A stretch of DNA of 64,000 nucleotides from Bacilli bacterium (GTDB taxonomy: Bacteria > Bacillota_I > Bacilli_A > RFN20 > CAG-826), in assembly GCA_035353055.1 (NCBI GenBank), contig DAOPYW010000001.1, positions 21,687 to 85,686 on the forward strand, in the 5' to 3' direction. Below are positions 27,562 through 36,159 of the stretch, in pieces. A program made the position numbers and the translations under genes. The stretch's first letter is position 1. Each line of letters opens with the position of its first letter. The notes beneath the pieces were generated by a model that ran no database searches, was not told where the DNA came from, and was given only the letters and a program-made list of their open reading frames with translations.

Positions 27562-30243
27562 TTAGTCGTTAATGCCGATAAAAACGGCTTCTTCTGGCTC
27601 GGCGGATTTGTTCGGGTGGCGAGCAGATACTTTCTTGCTCTTGCGGGGCTTGCGCTTGATATTCACGTTCTTAAATAGCTTAAAGAAGAACGAGCTGATC
27701 GGAGCGAATAAAACCGTCACGATCCAAGTAGCAAAGACCACTCCGAGGAATAAGAGACCATAGATCCAAGCTGATGCATCTGGACCAAAGCCAAAGAAGC
27801 CTAAGGCAATCCATCCGACGAAGATGGCAACTGCGCTCACGCAAGTGAAGGCATAGGAAGTCGCTTTAACCGCTAACTGATGGCGATTTTCCACCGAGTT
27901 GTCGTGATTCTTATCTTCGAGGACCATCTCTCTCTCGCGGTTCATAATGATGACAGAAATCATCATGGCAAACATCGCGACGGCTGGAACAGCCGCTAAG
28001 ACTAAAGAGGAGACAGGCAGACGAGCGAGAGATAAGACTCCGAGGATGACACCGCTAACCGCTGTGGTCACCACGATGGAGGCTAATCCGCGAGATAAGC
28101 GATATCTCAAGACGAAGTACAAGCCAAGCACGGCGATGGAAACGCCAATTGCCAGGCCAACTGAACTAAATTTAACCGAGGATGTCTCGGAAGATTTGAG
28201 CGATTTTAAAGAGATGCTGGTCTTGGTGGTATCGTATTCCAAATCGGAAACTGCATCAGCCAAGTGATCGTTAATGTTTCTATCATCAGTAGTTTGAACG
28301 ATGGTTCCATCATTGTATAAGCCCAAAGTTTTATCGGATAAAACGATATCGAGAGCGACTACATAATAATGGTGAGTGATAGTCTCTTCTTCTAACACTT
28401 CAGCGTAAGGATCGGAGATGAGAAGGTCGATAACGTGGTTATCTTTCGTGGCTTTACCTTCGCCATCGGCGTCGTATAGAGGAGTGGCAGAAATGTCGTA
28501 GCCACTATCAGTTTTTTCATAAAGGTAGACATTAGAGAGGAAATCATAGATTGTCTTCTCATCAAAAGGAGAAGTCTCGGTATCGCTAGTCGTCTTCGCT
28601 TCAAAGTAGATTTGGGAAGAGTAGGCAGCATTTCTGTTCACGAAAGCGTTGTCGCCATTTAATGCCGCAAAGGTGATTGAACCGCCGAGGCAGGCGACGA
28701 ATAAAACAGCCGAGATGATACTGACGAGCTTGTGTCTCTTAGTGAAGTCTTTTTCCGCGTAAGCACCAAAATAGCTCTGCTTTTCTTCGTTGATGATGTT
28801 GGGAACTCTCTCGCTGTTGATGCCAAACATCTCATATTTGCCATTCAAAGCGGTGGCGTTAGTGGCTAGCCACATCATTCCCTTTAAGCCTAAAGTGTTG
28901 AGAAGGAGAGAGCATAATCCGCCGATGACAGTGATGGCACCGAAGGCGCGGAAGATGGCTCCGCCAAATAGATAAGCGAATACGCCAAAGACAATGACGA
29001 TGATATTGATATCGATAATTGGGAGCAAAGATTTCTTGGAAGCTTCGGTGTTAGCTTTTTTCAAGCTTCTCCCGCGATAAGCTTCGCTTTTGAGTTTGGA
29101 CATATAGATGGCACCGCTGGCAATGGAAGCCACCGCTACAGCGATGACGCCCAGAACACCAAAGATGCTAAATTCGGCTGAGAACCAAATCGTCGATAAT
29201 AAGCCGAGATAAGCAGAGCTGATGCTGAGAGTGCCGATGGCTAAGGCACCCATCCGGTAATAGATGACCAAGATGAGAGCTAGCACGACGAGGACAAATA
29301 AGGTCGCTGACATGGTGCGATTCCAAGCTAAGCGATCGTAGTTGATCAATGTTTCGATGGAAGAGGTGATTCTCTCTTCGTACATGAATTGAACTTTGTA
29401 GTCGATGGCGCCGGCGTTGATTAAATTGATAAAGAAGCGGGCGTTATTATAAGCGAAGGTCTTCTCATCGACCGAGGCTTTGCCATCGCTGTTGGTATCG
29501 AGATTGATAAGGCTGAAGAGGCGATTGTTGTCATCGTCTTTATAGTATTGAATCTTGGGATCAGATGAGACTTCGAATTTCATCAATAGGCGGCTGTTGT
29601 ATTTATTGTTGGAATCGGTGGCTGCTTCGAAGTTGCACTTGCCTTCTTCGTAGTCATACCAAAGGTATAAGAAATATTTATAGGTCTTCTCTTCGCTTTG
29701 ACCGCTGGAGGATTCTTCAGCGTATGTGTGGTCTTCTTCGGAGAGATCATCGCGAGCAACTTGCAATAGCTCGTCGACAGGAGTGGTGTTAACAGGGAGC
29801 AAAATGGCCGGATAACCTTGATAAGTGCTGATCGTCGCTTTTTTACCTTCGAGGAGGAATTCATCGGCGGTTAAAGCGTCGTCGCCATAAGTTAATCCGA
29901 GATTGCCATTAAAGGTCAAATAGGTGGAGATATTTTGGTAGTCAGAGCTGGTCTTCTCCGTCAATCTCACTTTGACAGTATCGTAGCCAACTGTCAAAAT
30001 CTCATAGGAAGTCACCTTCGCGGTGTTGAGCCGCTTTTTCATCATCTTGGTGATGTTGTCAACCGCGGTGGTATCCTGAAATTCGACGTCTTCTTCGTCT
30101 TTGTCAGAGATGCGAAAAGTAATCTCTCTTCCATTTTCAAATTGATTGTTAGAATTCACTTTCGTGATCTCTCCAATAAAGGTCGTTCCCACTACAACTA
30201 AAGCGGTGAAGGCCAAGACAATATAAGCCCAAAGTCTACGCAT
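27562..30243 (-). CDS. secDF: Protein translocase subunit SecDF (fused)
   Basis: Two 6-TM bundles are separated by a large periplasmic domain. Several G/A/I-rich transmembrane segments carry the kind of small-residue patterns seen in SecD/SecF. The start was moved to the ATG preceded by AGGAGGAAG; the track start at 30348 is upstream. Confidence 0.75.
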   Translation of the reverse strand: MRRLWAYIVLAFTALVVVGTTFIGEITKVNSNNQFENGREITFRISDKDEEDVEFQDTTAVDNITKMMKKRLNTAKVTSYEILTVGYDTVKVRLTEKTSSDYQNISTYLTFNGNLGLTYGDDALTADEFLLEGKKATISTYQGYPAILLPVNTTPVDELLQVARDDLSEEDHTYAEESSSGQSEEKTYKYFLYLWYDYEEGKCNFEAATDSNNKYNSRLLMKFEVSSDPKIQYYKDDDNNRLFSLINLDTNSDGKASVDEKTFAYNNARFFINLINAGAIDYKVQFMYEERITSSIETLINYDRLAWNRTMSATLFVLVVLALILVIYYRMGALAIGTLSISSAYLGLLSTIWFSAEFSIFGVLGVIAVAVASIASGAIYMSKLKSEAYRGRSLKKANTEASKKSLLPIIDINIIVIVFGVFAYLFGGAIFRAFGAITVIGGLCSLLLNTLGLKGMMWLATNATALNGKYEMFGINSERVPNIINEEKQSYFGAYAEKDFTKRHKLVSIISAVLFVACLGGSITFAALNGDNAFVNRNAAYSSQIYFEAKTTSDTETSPFDEKTIYDFLSNVYLYEKTDSGYDISATPLYDADGEGKATKDNHVIDLLISDPYAEVLEEETITHHYYVVALDIVLSDKTLGLYNDGTIVQTTDDRNINDHLADAVSDLEYDTTKTSISLKSLKSSETSSVKFSSVGLAIGVSIAVLGLYFVLRYRLSRGLASIVVTTAVSGVILGVLSLARLPVSSLVLAAVPAVAMFAMMISVIIMNREREMVLEDKNHDNSVENRHQLAVKATSYAFTCVSAVAIFVGWIALGFFGFGPDASAWIYGLLFLGVVFATWIVTVLFAPISSFFFKLFKNVNIKRKPRKSKKVSARHPNKSAEPEEAVFIGIND

Positions 30244-30380
30244 AATTCTTCCTCCTGAGTGATAATGCAGCGCTGGCGCGCCTATGTTATAACATACAAC
30301 AGATGCGCGTCGTATGCAATAGTATTTTGCGCGCATGAGCGGACACATTGCGCGATACTCTTCGATTCATCGAAGAAAGG

Positions 30381-31385
30381 CTAAAATAATTTATTCTGAT
30401 GCAAAATTTTTAAGTGCTCGTAAGCTTTTTGATTGGCAATTCGTCCGCGAGGGGTCCTCTCAATCATCCCGATTTGCAAAAGATATGGCTCGTAAACATC
30501 TTCCAAGTTAGGTATTTCTTCGCCGATAGCGTTGGCTAAAGTCTCGAGCCCGACGGGACCACCATGGAAGCGATTGATCAGGGTCTCTAGATACCGGACA
30601 TCGACATCATCGAGTCCGATCTCGTCGACTTTTAAAGCCTTCAATGCTTTCTCAGCATCTTCTAAAGAGATGGAATCCTTGCCTTCAAAGTTGGCGAAAT
30701 CTCTCACTCTTTTGAAGAGTCGGTTCGCGATTCGAGGAGTGCCTCGGCTTCGCTGGCTGATCATCGTCGCAGCTTCAGGAGATATCTCCGTTTTAAAGAC
30801 TTTTGAAGTTCTCAAGACAATCTGGCGAATCTCATCTTCGTCGTAGTAATTGATCTTTTCAGTGATGCCAAAGCGAGCTCTTAATGGCGAGCTTAGATTG
30901 CCTGCGCGAGTGGTCGCACCAATGAGCGTAAAAGGCGGCAGATCCATCGTCAGAGAACGGGAGCCATTTTCGCGGTTGATGACCACCGAAAAGCGGAAGT
31001 CTTCCATCGCGGTAAAAAGCGATTCTTCGATGATGCGAGGCAGGCGATGTATCTCATCGATAAAAAGGATATCACCAGGCTTTAAATCCGATAAAATGGC
31101 GGCGAGATCACCAGTCTTTTCGATGCTCGGGCCAGTGGCGACGTGGATGTTGGCTTTCATCTCGTTAGCGATGACGTAAGCTAAAGTCGTTTTTCCTAAG
31201 CCGGGAGGGCCATAAAATAAGAGGTGATCGAGGGGTTCATCGCGATGGAGAGCCGCGCCAATAAAAATCTTTAGATTTTTCTTTAAGTCCTTTTGCCCGA
31301 CATATTCAGCCAGGGTGCGAGGGCGCAAAGAAATCTCTTCTTGGCGATCGATTTCATGGGGTAAAGCATCTACAAGTCTCGGCAT
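30381..31385 (-). CDS. ruvB: Holliday junction ATP-dependent DNA helicase RuvB
   Basis: LRPRTLAEYVGQ and the Walker A GPPGLGKTTLA are present. It is 334 aa. Confidence 0.9.
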   Translation of the reverse strand: MPRLVDALPHEIDRQEEISLRPRTLAEYVGQKDLKKNLKIFIGAALHRDEPLDHLLFYGPPGLGKTTLAYVIANEMKANIHVATGPSIEKTGDLAAILSDLKPGDILFIDEIHRLPRIIEESLFTAMEDFRFSVVINRENGSRSLTMDLPPFTLIGATTRAGNLSSPLRARFGITEKINYYDEDEIRQIVLRTSKVFKTEISPEAATMISQRSRGTPRIANRLFKRVRDFANFEGKDSISLEDAEKALKALKVDEIGLDDVDVRYLETLINRFHGGPVGLETLANAIGEEIPNLEDVYEPYLLQIGMIERTPRGRIANQKAYEHLKILHQNKLF

Positions 31386-31393
31386 ATGTTCTC

Positions 31394-31960
31394 CTATTTT
31401 TTCTTTAGTTCATTGAGCTTAACGAGGGCTAAACGCAAGATATCTTCTGGCTTGGCATCGGGCTCATTGATGGTCGCTAAAATGCGGTCGATGGCGGCGC
31501 CTTTAAAGCCCATTTCTTTGAGGGCGTCATAGACGTCTTCGTAGACTTCGGGATCGCCTTTGCTACCACCGGTTAAAACACCCTTTAAATCGAGGATGAT
31601 CTGAGCGGCAGCTTTCGCGCCGATTCCGGGAAGTTTTTTTAGGTACGCCACGTTGTTGCTTGCAATCGCAGTGATCACTTGTTGCGGGGTAGTCGCTTTC
31701 AGGGCATTGATCGCTGTGCGAGGTCCGAGACCCTTTACTTTAATCAAGGATAAAAAGACCGATTTTTCTTCTAAAGACTTAAAGCCAATGAGGTATTGCT
31801 CATCTTCCCTGATCACATTATGAGTGTAGAGGAAAATGTCTTGCCCCACTTCGTAATCGTCGATGTGGGACACGAGGACTTGATAGCCGACATCATGTAC
31901 ATCGATGATGACCGTGTCTTTCTCCAGCTGTGCGATTCGACCTTTAAGGAAATAAATCAT
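31394..31960 (-). CDS. ruvA: Holliday junction DNA helicase RuvA
   Basis: The N-terminus MIYFLKGRI…DTVIIDVHDVGYQVLVS matches RuvA domain I, and HhH motifs are present. The RBS is AAGAGGAGAAG. Confidence 0.85.
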   Translation of the reverse strand: MIYFLKGRIAQLEKDTVIIDVHDVGYQVLVSHIDDYEVGQDIFLYTHNVIREDEQYLIGFKSLEEKSVFLSLIKVKGLGPRTAINALKATTPQQVITAIASNNVAYLKKLPGIGAKAAAQIILDLKGVLTGGSKGDPEVYEDVYDALKEMGFKGAAIDRILATINEPDAKPEDILRLALVKLNELKKK

Positions 31961-31974
31961 AAGTCTTCTCCTCT

Positions 31975-32073
31975 TTATTGAAACAAAATAATAAACAAGA
32001 CGATAAGTCCGAGAGACAAGAGAGCCGTGATCAGGCTAGCTAATATCGCGATGACTGTCCGTTTATTTTCCAT
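31975..32073 (-). CDS. Candidate 32-aa hydrophobic small protein (MENKRTVIAILASLITALLSLGLIVLFIILFQ)
   Basis: It has an ATG start and a TAA stop that overlaps the ruvA RBS. It forms a single predicted TM helix. Its start overlaps the last 11 nt of nadE in another frame, and it has only a weak SD (GAGAAA). It is below the ORF-track cutoff. Confidence 0.25.
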   Translation of the reverse strand: MENKRTVIAILASLITALLSLGLIVLFIILFQ

Positions 32074-32812
32074 CTTTTTCTCGAATGTAATCTATCGGAG
32101 TGGGGATGGGATCGCGTTTGTGGCGGCTGATTTCGTGGAGGTGATCAATGCGCTTTTTCGCGGTTTCATCGATCTCTTTTCCTAATAGGAAGCGGTCTAA
32201 GTCGCGGTAGGTCACACCCATCTCTTTTTCATCGGTCTGGCCAGGGAATAAGCCGGCTGAAGGAACGCGATTAACCAAGTAATCAGGCACTCCTAAAAGC
32301 TTCGCGGCTTCTAAAACTTCCGATTTAACTAAGTGAACAATGGGCATTAAATCAACTGCACCATCGCCATATTTAGTGAAGTATCCAGTGTATCTTTCAT
32401 CTTTATTATCAGTGCCGAGGACTAAGCCATTCGCGGTCTGAGCATAAGCGTATAAAATCGTCATTCTAATTCGCACTTTGAGATTAGCGAGAGCCACAGA
32501 GCTGAGTTCAATGCCTTGGGCTTTGAACTGCTTCACGGTTTCATGGAAGCTATTTGAACCATCGATAATCAAGTGCCGAAGGTCAAACTGCTTAGCGAGG
32601 TAAATTGCATCCTTTAAGTCATCAGGATGAGAGTCGATAGGAATCATGATGCACATCAGCTTTTCTCTTCCGACCGCTTGAGTAGCTAAAACCGCCGTCA
32701 GGGAGGAATCAATGCCGCCCGAAAGGCCGAGCACATAAGTGGACATGTTGGTTTTGGTCAGCGTGTCTTTCAAAAACTTTTTGATTTCCTGAAGATAGTC
32801 CTGCAAAATCAT
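32063..32812 (-). CDS. nadE: NH3-dependent NAD+ synthetase
   Basis: The PP-loop motif LGLSGGIDSS is present. It is 249 aa. Confidence 0.85.
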   Translation of the reverse strand: MILQDYLQEIKKFLKDTLTKTNMSTYVLGLSGGIDSSLTAVLATQAVGREKLMCIMIPIDSHPDDLKDAIYLAKQFDLRHLIIDGSNSFHETVKQFKAQGIELSSVALANLKVRIRMTILYAYAQTANGLVLGTDNKDERYTGYFTKYGDGAVDLMPIVHLVKSEVLEAAKLLGVPDYLVNRVPSAGLFPGQTDEKEMGVTYRDLDRFLLGKEIDETAKKRIDHLHEISRHKRDPIPTPIDYIREKDGK

Positions 32813-32815
32813 GTT

Positions 32816-34093
32816 TTACCTCCAATATTCAAAGGAAAAGTCATCGAGGAAGACGGTGTCTCCGTCTGAGGCCCCGAGTTTTTCCAGAGCATCGTCAATT
32901 TGCAACTTGCGGATTTTCATCATCAAAACCATCATGCCTTCGTCGGTGGAGATGTTGGTCATGCGGTAGAACTTGATAATTTTATCTCCTTCAATTCTCC
33001 ATCTATGAGCATCCATGCGGCGAATAGTAAATGTTTTTTCCTCTTCGGGTAGCTCATAAATCTTATGTTCGAGTTCCTCTTCGTTTTCTCCGTAGAGAGG
33101 GAAAGCGGGAGTTTTATCGAGTAAATCAGCGCATTGATATAGGAGTTTATCAAGGCCTTCTTCAGTGATGGCAGAGATGGGAATAATCGGCAAATTAACT
33201 TGCTTTTGGAATTTCACCAATCGCTCCTTAGCTCCTTCTTCATCCATCTTGCTAGCGACGAGGATCACCGGTCGCTTGTCGAGGCCAAATCCATAGCTCT
33301 TTAGCTCATTGTTAATAATCAAATAATCGCTGTAGGGATCGCGGTCTGATAGCCCCATGTTCACGATGTGAACAATCACTCGGCATCTCTCGATGTGACG
33401 GAGAAAGCGGAGGCCTAAGCCTTTGCCTTGATGAGCGCCTTCAATTAACCCTGGAAGGTCCGCCATCACAAAGCTTCTTCCATCCTTGGATGTCACAACT
33501 CCCAAGTTGGGAACGATGGTCGTGAAAGGATAGTCCGCGATTTCGGGACGAGCGCTTGATACGAGAGATAAAAGAGTGGATTTACCCACGCTGGGATATC
33601 CCACTAAGCCGACATCGGCTAATAATTTTAATTCTAAGATGAGCCTCTTGGTTTCACCTGGCTCACCATTTTCCGCAACTTTAGGAGTGCGATTGGTCGA
33701 GCTCTTAAAGCAGGTATTGCCTCGCCCACCACGGCCACCTTTGGCCACGACGATGGTCTTGCCATCTTCGTTTAAGTCGCCGAGAACGCGATTGTCATTC
33801 TCTTCGAAGATGACAGTTCCGACTGGCACATCGATGATTAAATCGTCGCGCGATTTGCCGTACTGATTCTTGATTCCACCTTTTTCGCCATCTGGGCCGA
33901 TAAAGGTTCTGCTATGGCGGAAGTTGTAGAGGGTATTGATGTGGCTGTTAGCTTTGAAGATAATGCTCGCTCCACGCCCTCCGTTACCACCGGCTGGTCC
34001 GCCATTAGGCATATATTTTTCACGGAGAAAAGCGATGGCACCGTCGCCACCTTTGCCGCTTCGAACTTCTACTACTGCGCGATCGATAAACAT
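32816..34093 (-). CDS. obg: GTPase Obg
   Basis: The N-terminus MFIDRAVVEVRSGKGGDG and the Gly-rich Obg fold are present, with a GTPase domain GYPSVGKSTLL. The start was placed at the ATG with RBS AAGAGGAG 7 nt upstream. Confidence 0.9.
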   Translation of the reverse strand: MFIDRAVVEVRSGKGGDGAIAFLREKYMPNGGPAGGNGGRGASIIFKANSHINTLYNFRHSRTFIGPDGEKGGIKNQYGKSRDDLIIDVPVGTVIFEENDNRVLGDLNEDGKTIVVAKGGRGGRGNTCFKSSTNRTPKVAENGEPGETKRLILELKLLADVGLVGYPSVGKSTLLSLVSSARPEIADYPFTTIVPNLGVVTSKDGRSFVMADLPGLIEGAHQGKGLGLRFLRHIERCRVIVHIVNMGLSDRDPYSDYLIINNELKSYGFGLDKRPVILVASKMDEEGAKERLVKFQKQVNLPIIPISAITEEGLDKLLYQCADLLDKTPAFPLYGENEEELEHKIYELPEEEKTFTIRRMDAHRWRIEGDKIIKFYRMTNISTDEGMMVLMMKIRKLQIDDALEKLGASDGDTVFLDDFSFEYWR

Positions 34094-34171
34094 ATAATAT
34101 GCTCCTCTTGTATTATACAAGTAGATAAAGAAAAAGACCACATTTTAGTGGTCTTAATCGCAATTTTTTAA

Positions 34172-34456
34172 TTATTCACTGACGACGATTTTTACGGCAG
34201 TGCGATCTTTTCCAACTCGATAATACTTGGCTACACCACTGGCGGTAGCAAAAATTGTATCATCTTTCCCAATTTGGGTATTTTCTCCTGGATAGATTTT
34301 CGTGCCCCTTTGACGATAGATAATGGAACCAGCATGGCACCATTGACCGTCAGCGACTTTGGCGCCTAATCGGCGACCAGCAGAATCGCGGCCGTTCTTT
34401 GTCGACCCAACACCTTTTTTAGAAGCGAAGAGTTGAAGATTTAATTTAAACATCAT
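34172..34456 (-). CDS. rpmA: 50S ribosomal protein L27 (with an N-terminal propeptide cleaved by Prp)
   Basis: [25 protein letters not shown] has the Firmicutes pro-L27 cleavage motif (F/A-S) ahead of the mature L27. Confidence 0.9.
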   Translation of the reverse strand: MMFKLNLQLFASKKGVGSTKNGRDSAGRRLGAKVADGQWCHAGSIIYRQRGTKIYPGENTQIGKDDTIFATASGVAKYYRVGKDRTAVKIVVSE

Positions 34457-34473
34457 AATCTATGACACCCTTT

Positions 34474-34779
34474 CTAAAGTTTTTTTACTTGGACAAAGTC
34501 TTGATGGCTATCAGCGATGGTTTCTAAACCAGAGATGATGGTCTCAACCACGACTTCATCATGTGGGGAAAGAGACTGTTTGACTTCTAGAGAAGCATAA
34601 CCTTCTTTGAGGATTAGTTCGAGACTTGTGACATCTTGGATGGCATTGAATCCGCCGGTGAGGACAGCAGACACTGCCGCACAGACAAGATCCTTGCCAT
34701 AAGGTGCGCTGTCAGCGTGACCTTTGACCTCGAGGAGCTTAACTTTCTTTCCTTCTTGTTTGATTAAAATTTTAATCAT
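34474..34779 (-). CDS. prp: Ribosomal-processing cysteine protease Prp
   Basis: KGHADSAPYGKDLVCAAVSAV carries the Prp catalytic His/Cys dyad. It lies between rplU and rpmA. Confidence 0.85.
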   Translation of the reverse strand: MIKILIKQEGKKVKLLEVKGHADSAPYGKDLVCAAVSAVLTGGFNAIQDVTSLELILKEGYASLEVKQSLSPHDEVVVETIISGLETIADSHQDFVQVKKL

Positions 34780-34780
34780 G

Positions 34781-35089
34781 TTAATTGTTGATGGCTTCAA
34801 TCACTAAGCATGTGTATGGTTGGCGATGACCAATGGTTTTATGGTAATTTGCCTTTGCTTTGTACTTGAAGACACGAATCTTTTTGGATAAGCCTTGTTT
34901 TTCCACTTTCGCGGTGACGGTTGCACCAGCGACATATGGAGTTCCGACTTTCATCGACTTGTTGCTGACGAGCAGAACTTTGTCGAAGGTAACGGTCGAG
35001 TTGACTTCAGCTTCTAACTTCTCAACGAAGATTTTAGAACCGACTTCAACGCGAATTTGCTTACCACCAGTTTCGATAATTGCGTACAT
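34781..35089 (-). CDS. rplU: 50S ribosomal protein L21
   Basis: [17 protein letters not shown] is the L21 N-terminus. The RBS is AAGGAGGG. Confidence 0.9.
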   Translation of the reverse strand: MYAIIETGGKQIRVEVGSKIFVEKLEAEVNSTVTFDKVLLVSNKSMKVGTPYVAGATVTAKVEKQGLSKKIRVFKYKAKANYHKTIGHRQPYTCLVIEAINN

Positions 35090-35235
35090 AATGTCCCTCC
35101 TTATCAATTCACTAATGACTCGCTATTAAGGTATCTTAATAGATTTTAAAACCTTTTCTATGCGGTTGTAGCTTGTGAGGCGACAACGTTTGTAATATAA
35201 CATATGTTATAAAGGGGTGTCAATTTACTTTTCAC
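35090..35235 (-). promoter_or_regulatory. rplU promoter plus a structured 5' leader of about 100 nt (possible L21-leader-type autoregulatory element)
   Basis: On the minus strand TTGACA-17nt-TTATAT is followed by an imperfect hairpin (GTTGT/ACAAC arms with offset pairing) ahead of the RBS. Firmicutes rplU operons commonly carry an r-protein leader. Confidence 0.35.
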
Positions 35236-35946
35236 TTATTTTTTGGGGATAAAAGCGTTGGTTTGGAAAGAATAAGCTCCTTCATCGCTGATAATCAGAT
35301 GATCGATGAGGGAAAAGCCGATTCTCTTTGCTTCAGTAATAATCGCAGAAGTAAAGGCAATGTCTTGATTAGAGGGTTCGATGTGATTGCCGGGGTGATT
35401 ATGAATCAAATAGAAATATGTTCCTTTGTTTAGGATCAGGGTTCGCAAGATATCTCGAATTGAACAGGAGACATTGTTCTCGCTCCCGATGGATAAGAGG
35501 TGCTCGTGAATGATCTTCTTTTGGCGATTTAAGGTGATGATGATTATTTTCTCTTGGAGCTGTCCAGAGAGCATGGGAGCGTATTTTTGATAAATCATCT
35601 GAAAATCGGCAGCTGAGTTTTCGGGCTCAGCGCTTCCAATCTGATAGCGCTTGCCTAATTCTAAGGTCGCTGATAGTTTGATGGCCGAGGTTTTGTTCAA
35701 GCCTGAGTAGGCGAGAAAATCTTGATATGGGCAATGAAATACATTGAAAAGGCCTCGCTTGTCGCGGATGATTTCATGGGCGATATCAAGAGCGGAGTGA
35801 TTCTTAGTTCCTGAGCCGATAATAATCGCTAACAATTCGACATTTGAAAGCGATTCAATGCCGTAGCGCATTGCCTTTTCTCTTGGCCTTTCGAGGGGCG
35901 GCAAATTCTTGATCTGCGTCAAAATCAGCTCCAGGTGAATTTCCAT
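35236..35946 (-). CDS. radC: RadC-like JAB/MPN-domain protein
   Basis: An HhH N-terminus (SNVELLAIIIGSG) and the JAMM motif HNHPGNHIEPSNQD are present. Confidence 0.85.
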   Translation of the reverse strand: MEIHLELILTQIKNLPPLERPREKAMRYGIESLSNVELLAIIIGSGTKNHSALDIAHEIIRDKRGLFNVFHCPYQDFLAYSGLNKTSAIKLSATLELGKRYQIGSAEPENSAADFQMIYQKYAPMLSGQLQEKIIIITLNRQKKIIHEHLLSIGSENNVSCSIRDILRTLILNKGTYFYLIHNHPGNHIEPSNQDIAFTSAIITEAKRIGFSLIDHLIISDEGAYSFQTNAFIPKK

Positions 35947-36107
35947 CCGCCAGGAATCGCTGCGCTTCCTTTATTGGACAGGAAAAGCCGATAGATGACG
36001 ACCGCCATTACCGCGATGGCGAGAAGTGCCATCACCGTGGTTAAAGTAATAGCTTCGCCGACAAAGTGACTAGTCATCTCCTGATTGGTTAGTTGGATAT
36101 AGTTCAT
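35925..36107 (-). CDS. Candidate 60-aa single-TM membrane protein
   Basis: A strong SD (AGGAGG, 6-nt spacer) precedes the ATG. It has a TM helix AITLTTVMALLAIAVMAVVIY and overlaps the radC start by 22 nt, which suggests coupling. The SD is itself the 3' arm of the valS terminator hairpin. Confidence 0.3.
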   Translation of the reverse strand: MNYIQLTNQEMTSHFVGEAITLTTVMALLAIAVMAVVIYRLFLSNKGSAAIPGGWKFTWS

Positions 36108-36133
36108 AAAAAACCTCCTATTTTATTAGGAGG
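36108..36133 (-). terminator. Rho-independent terminator of valS
   Basis: The perfect 7-bp inverted repeat CCTCCTA-TTTTAT-TAGGAGG is followed on the minus strand by TTTTTT. Confidence 0.7.
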
Positions 36134-36159
36134 CTTAGAATCAGGAAAAGTTTTAAAAG

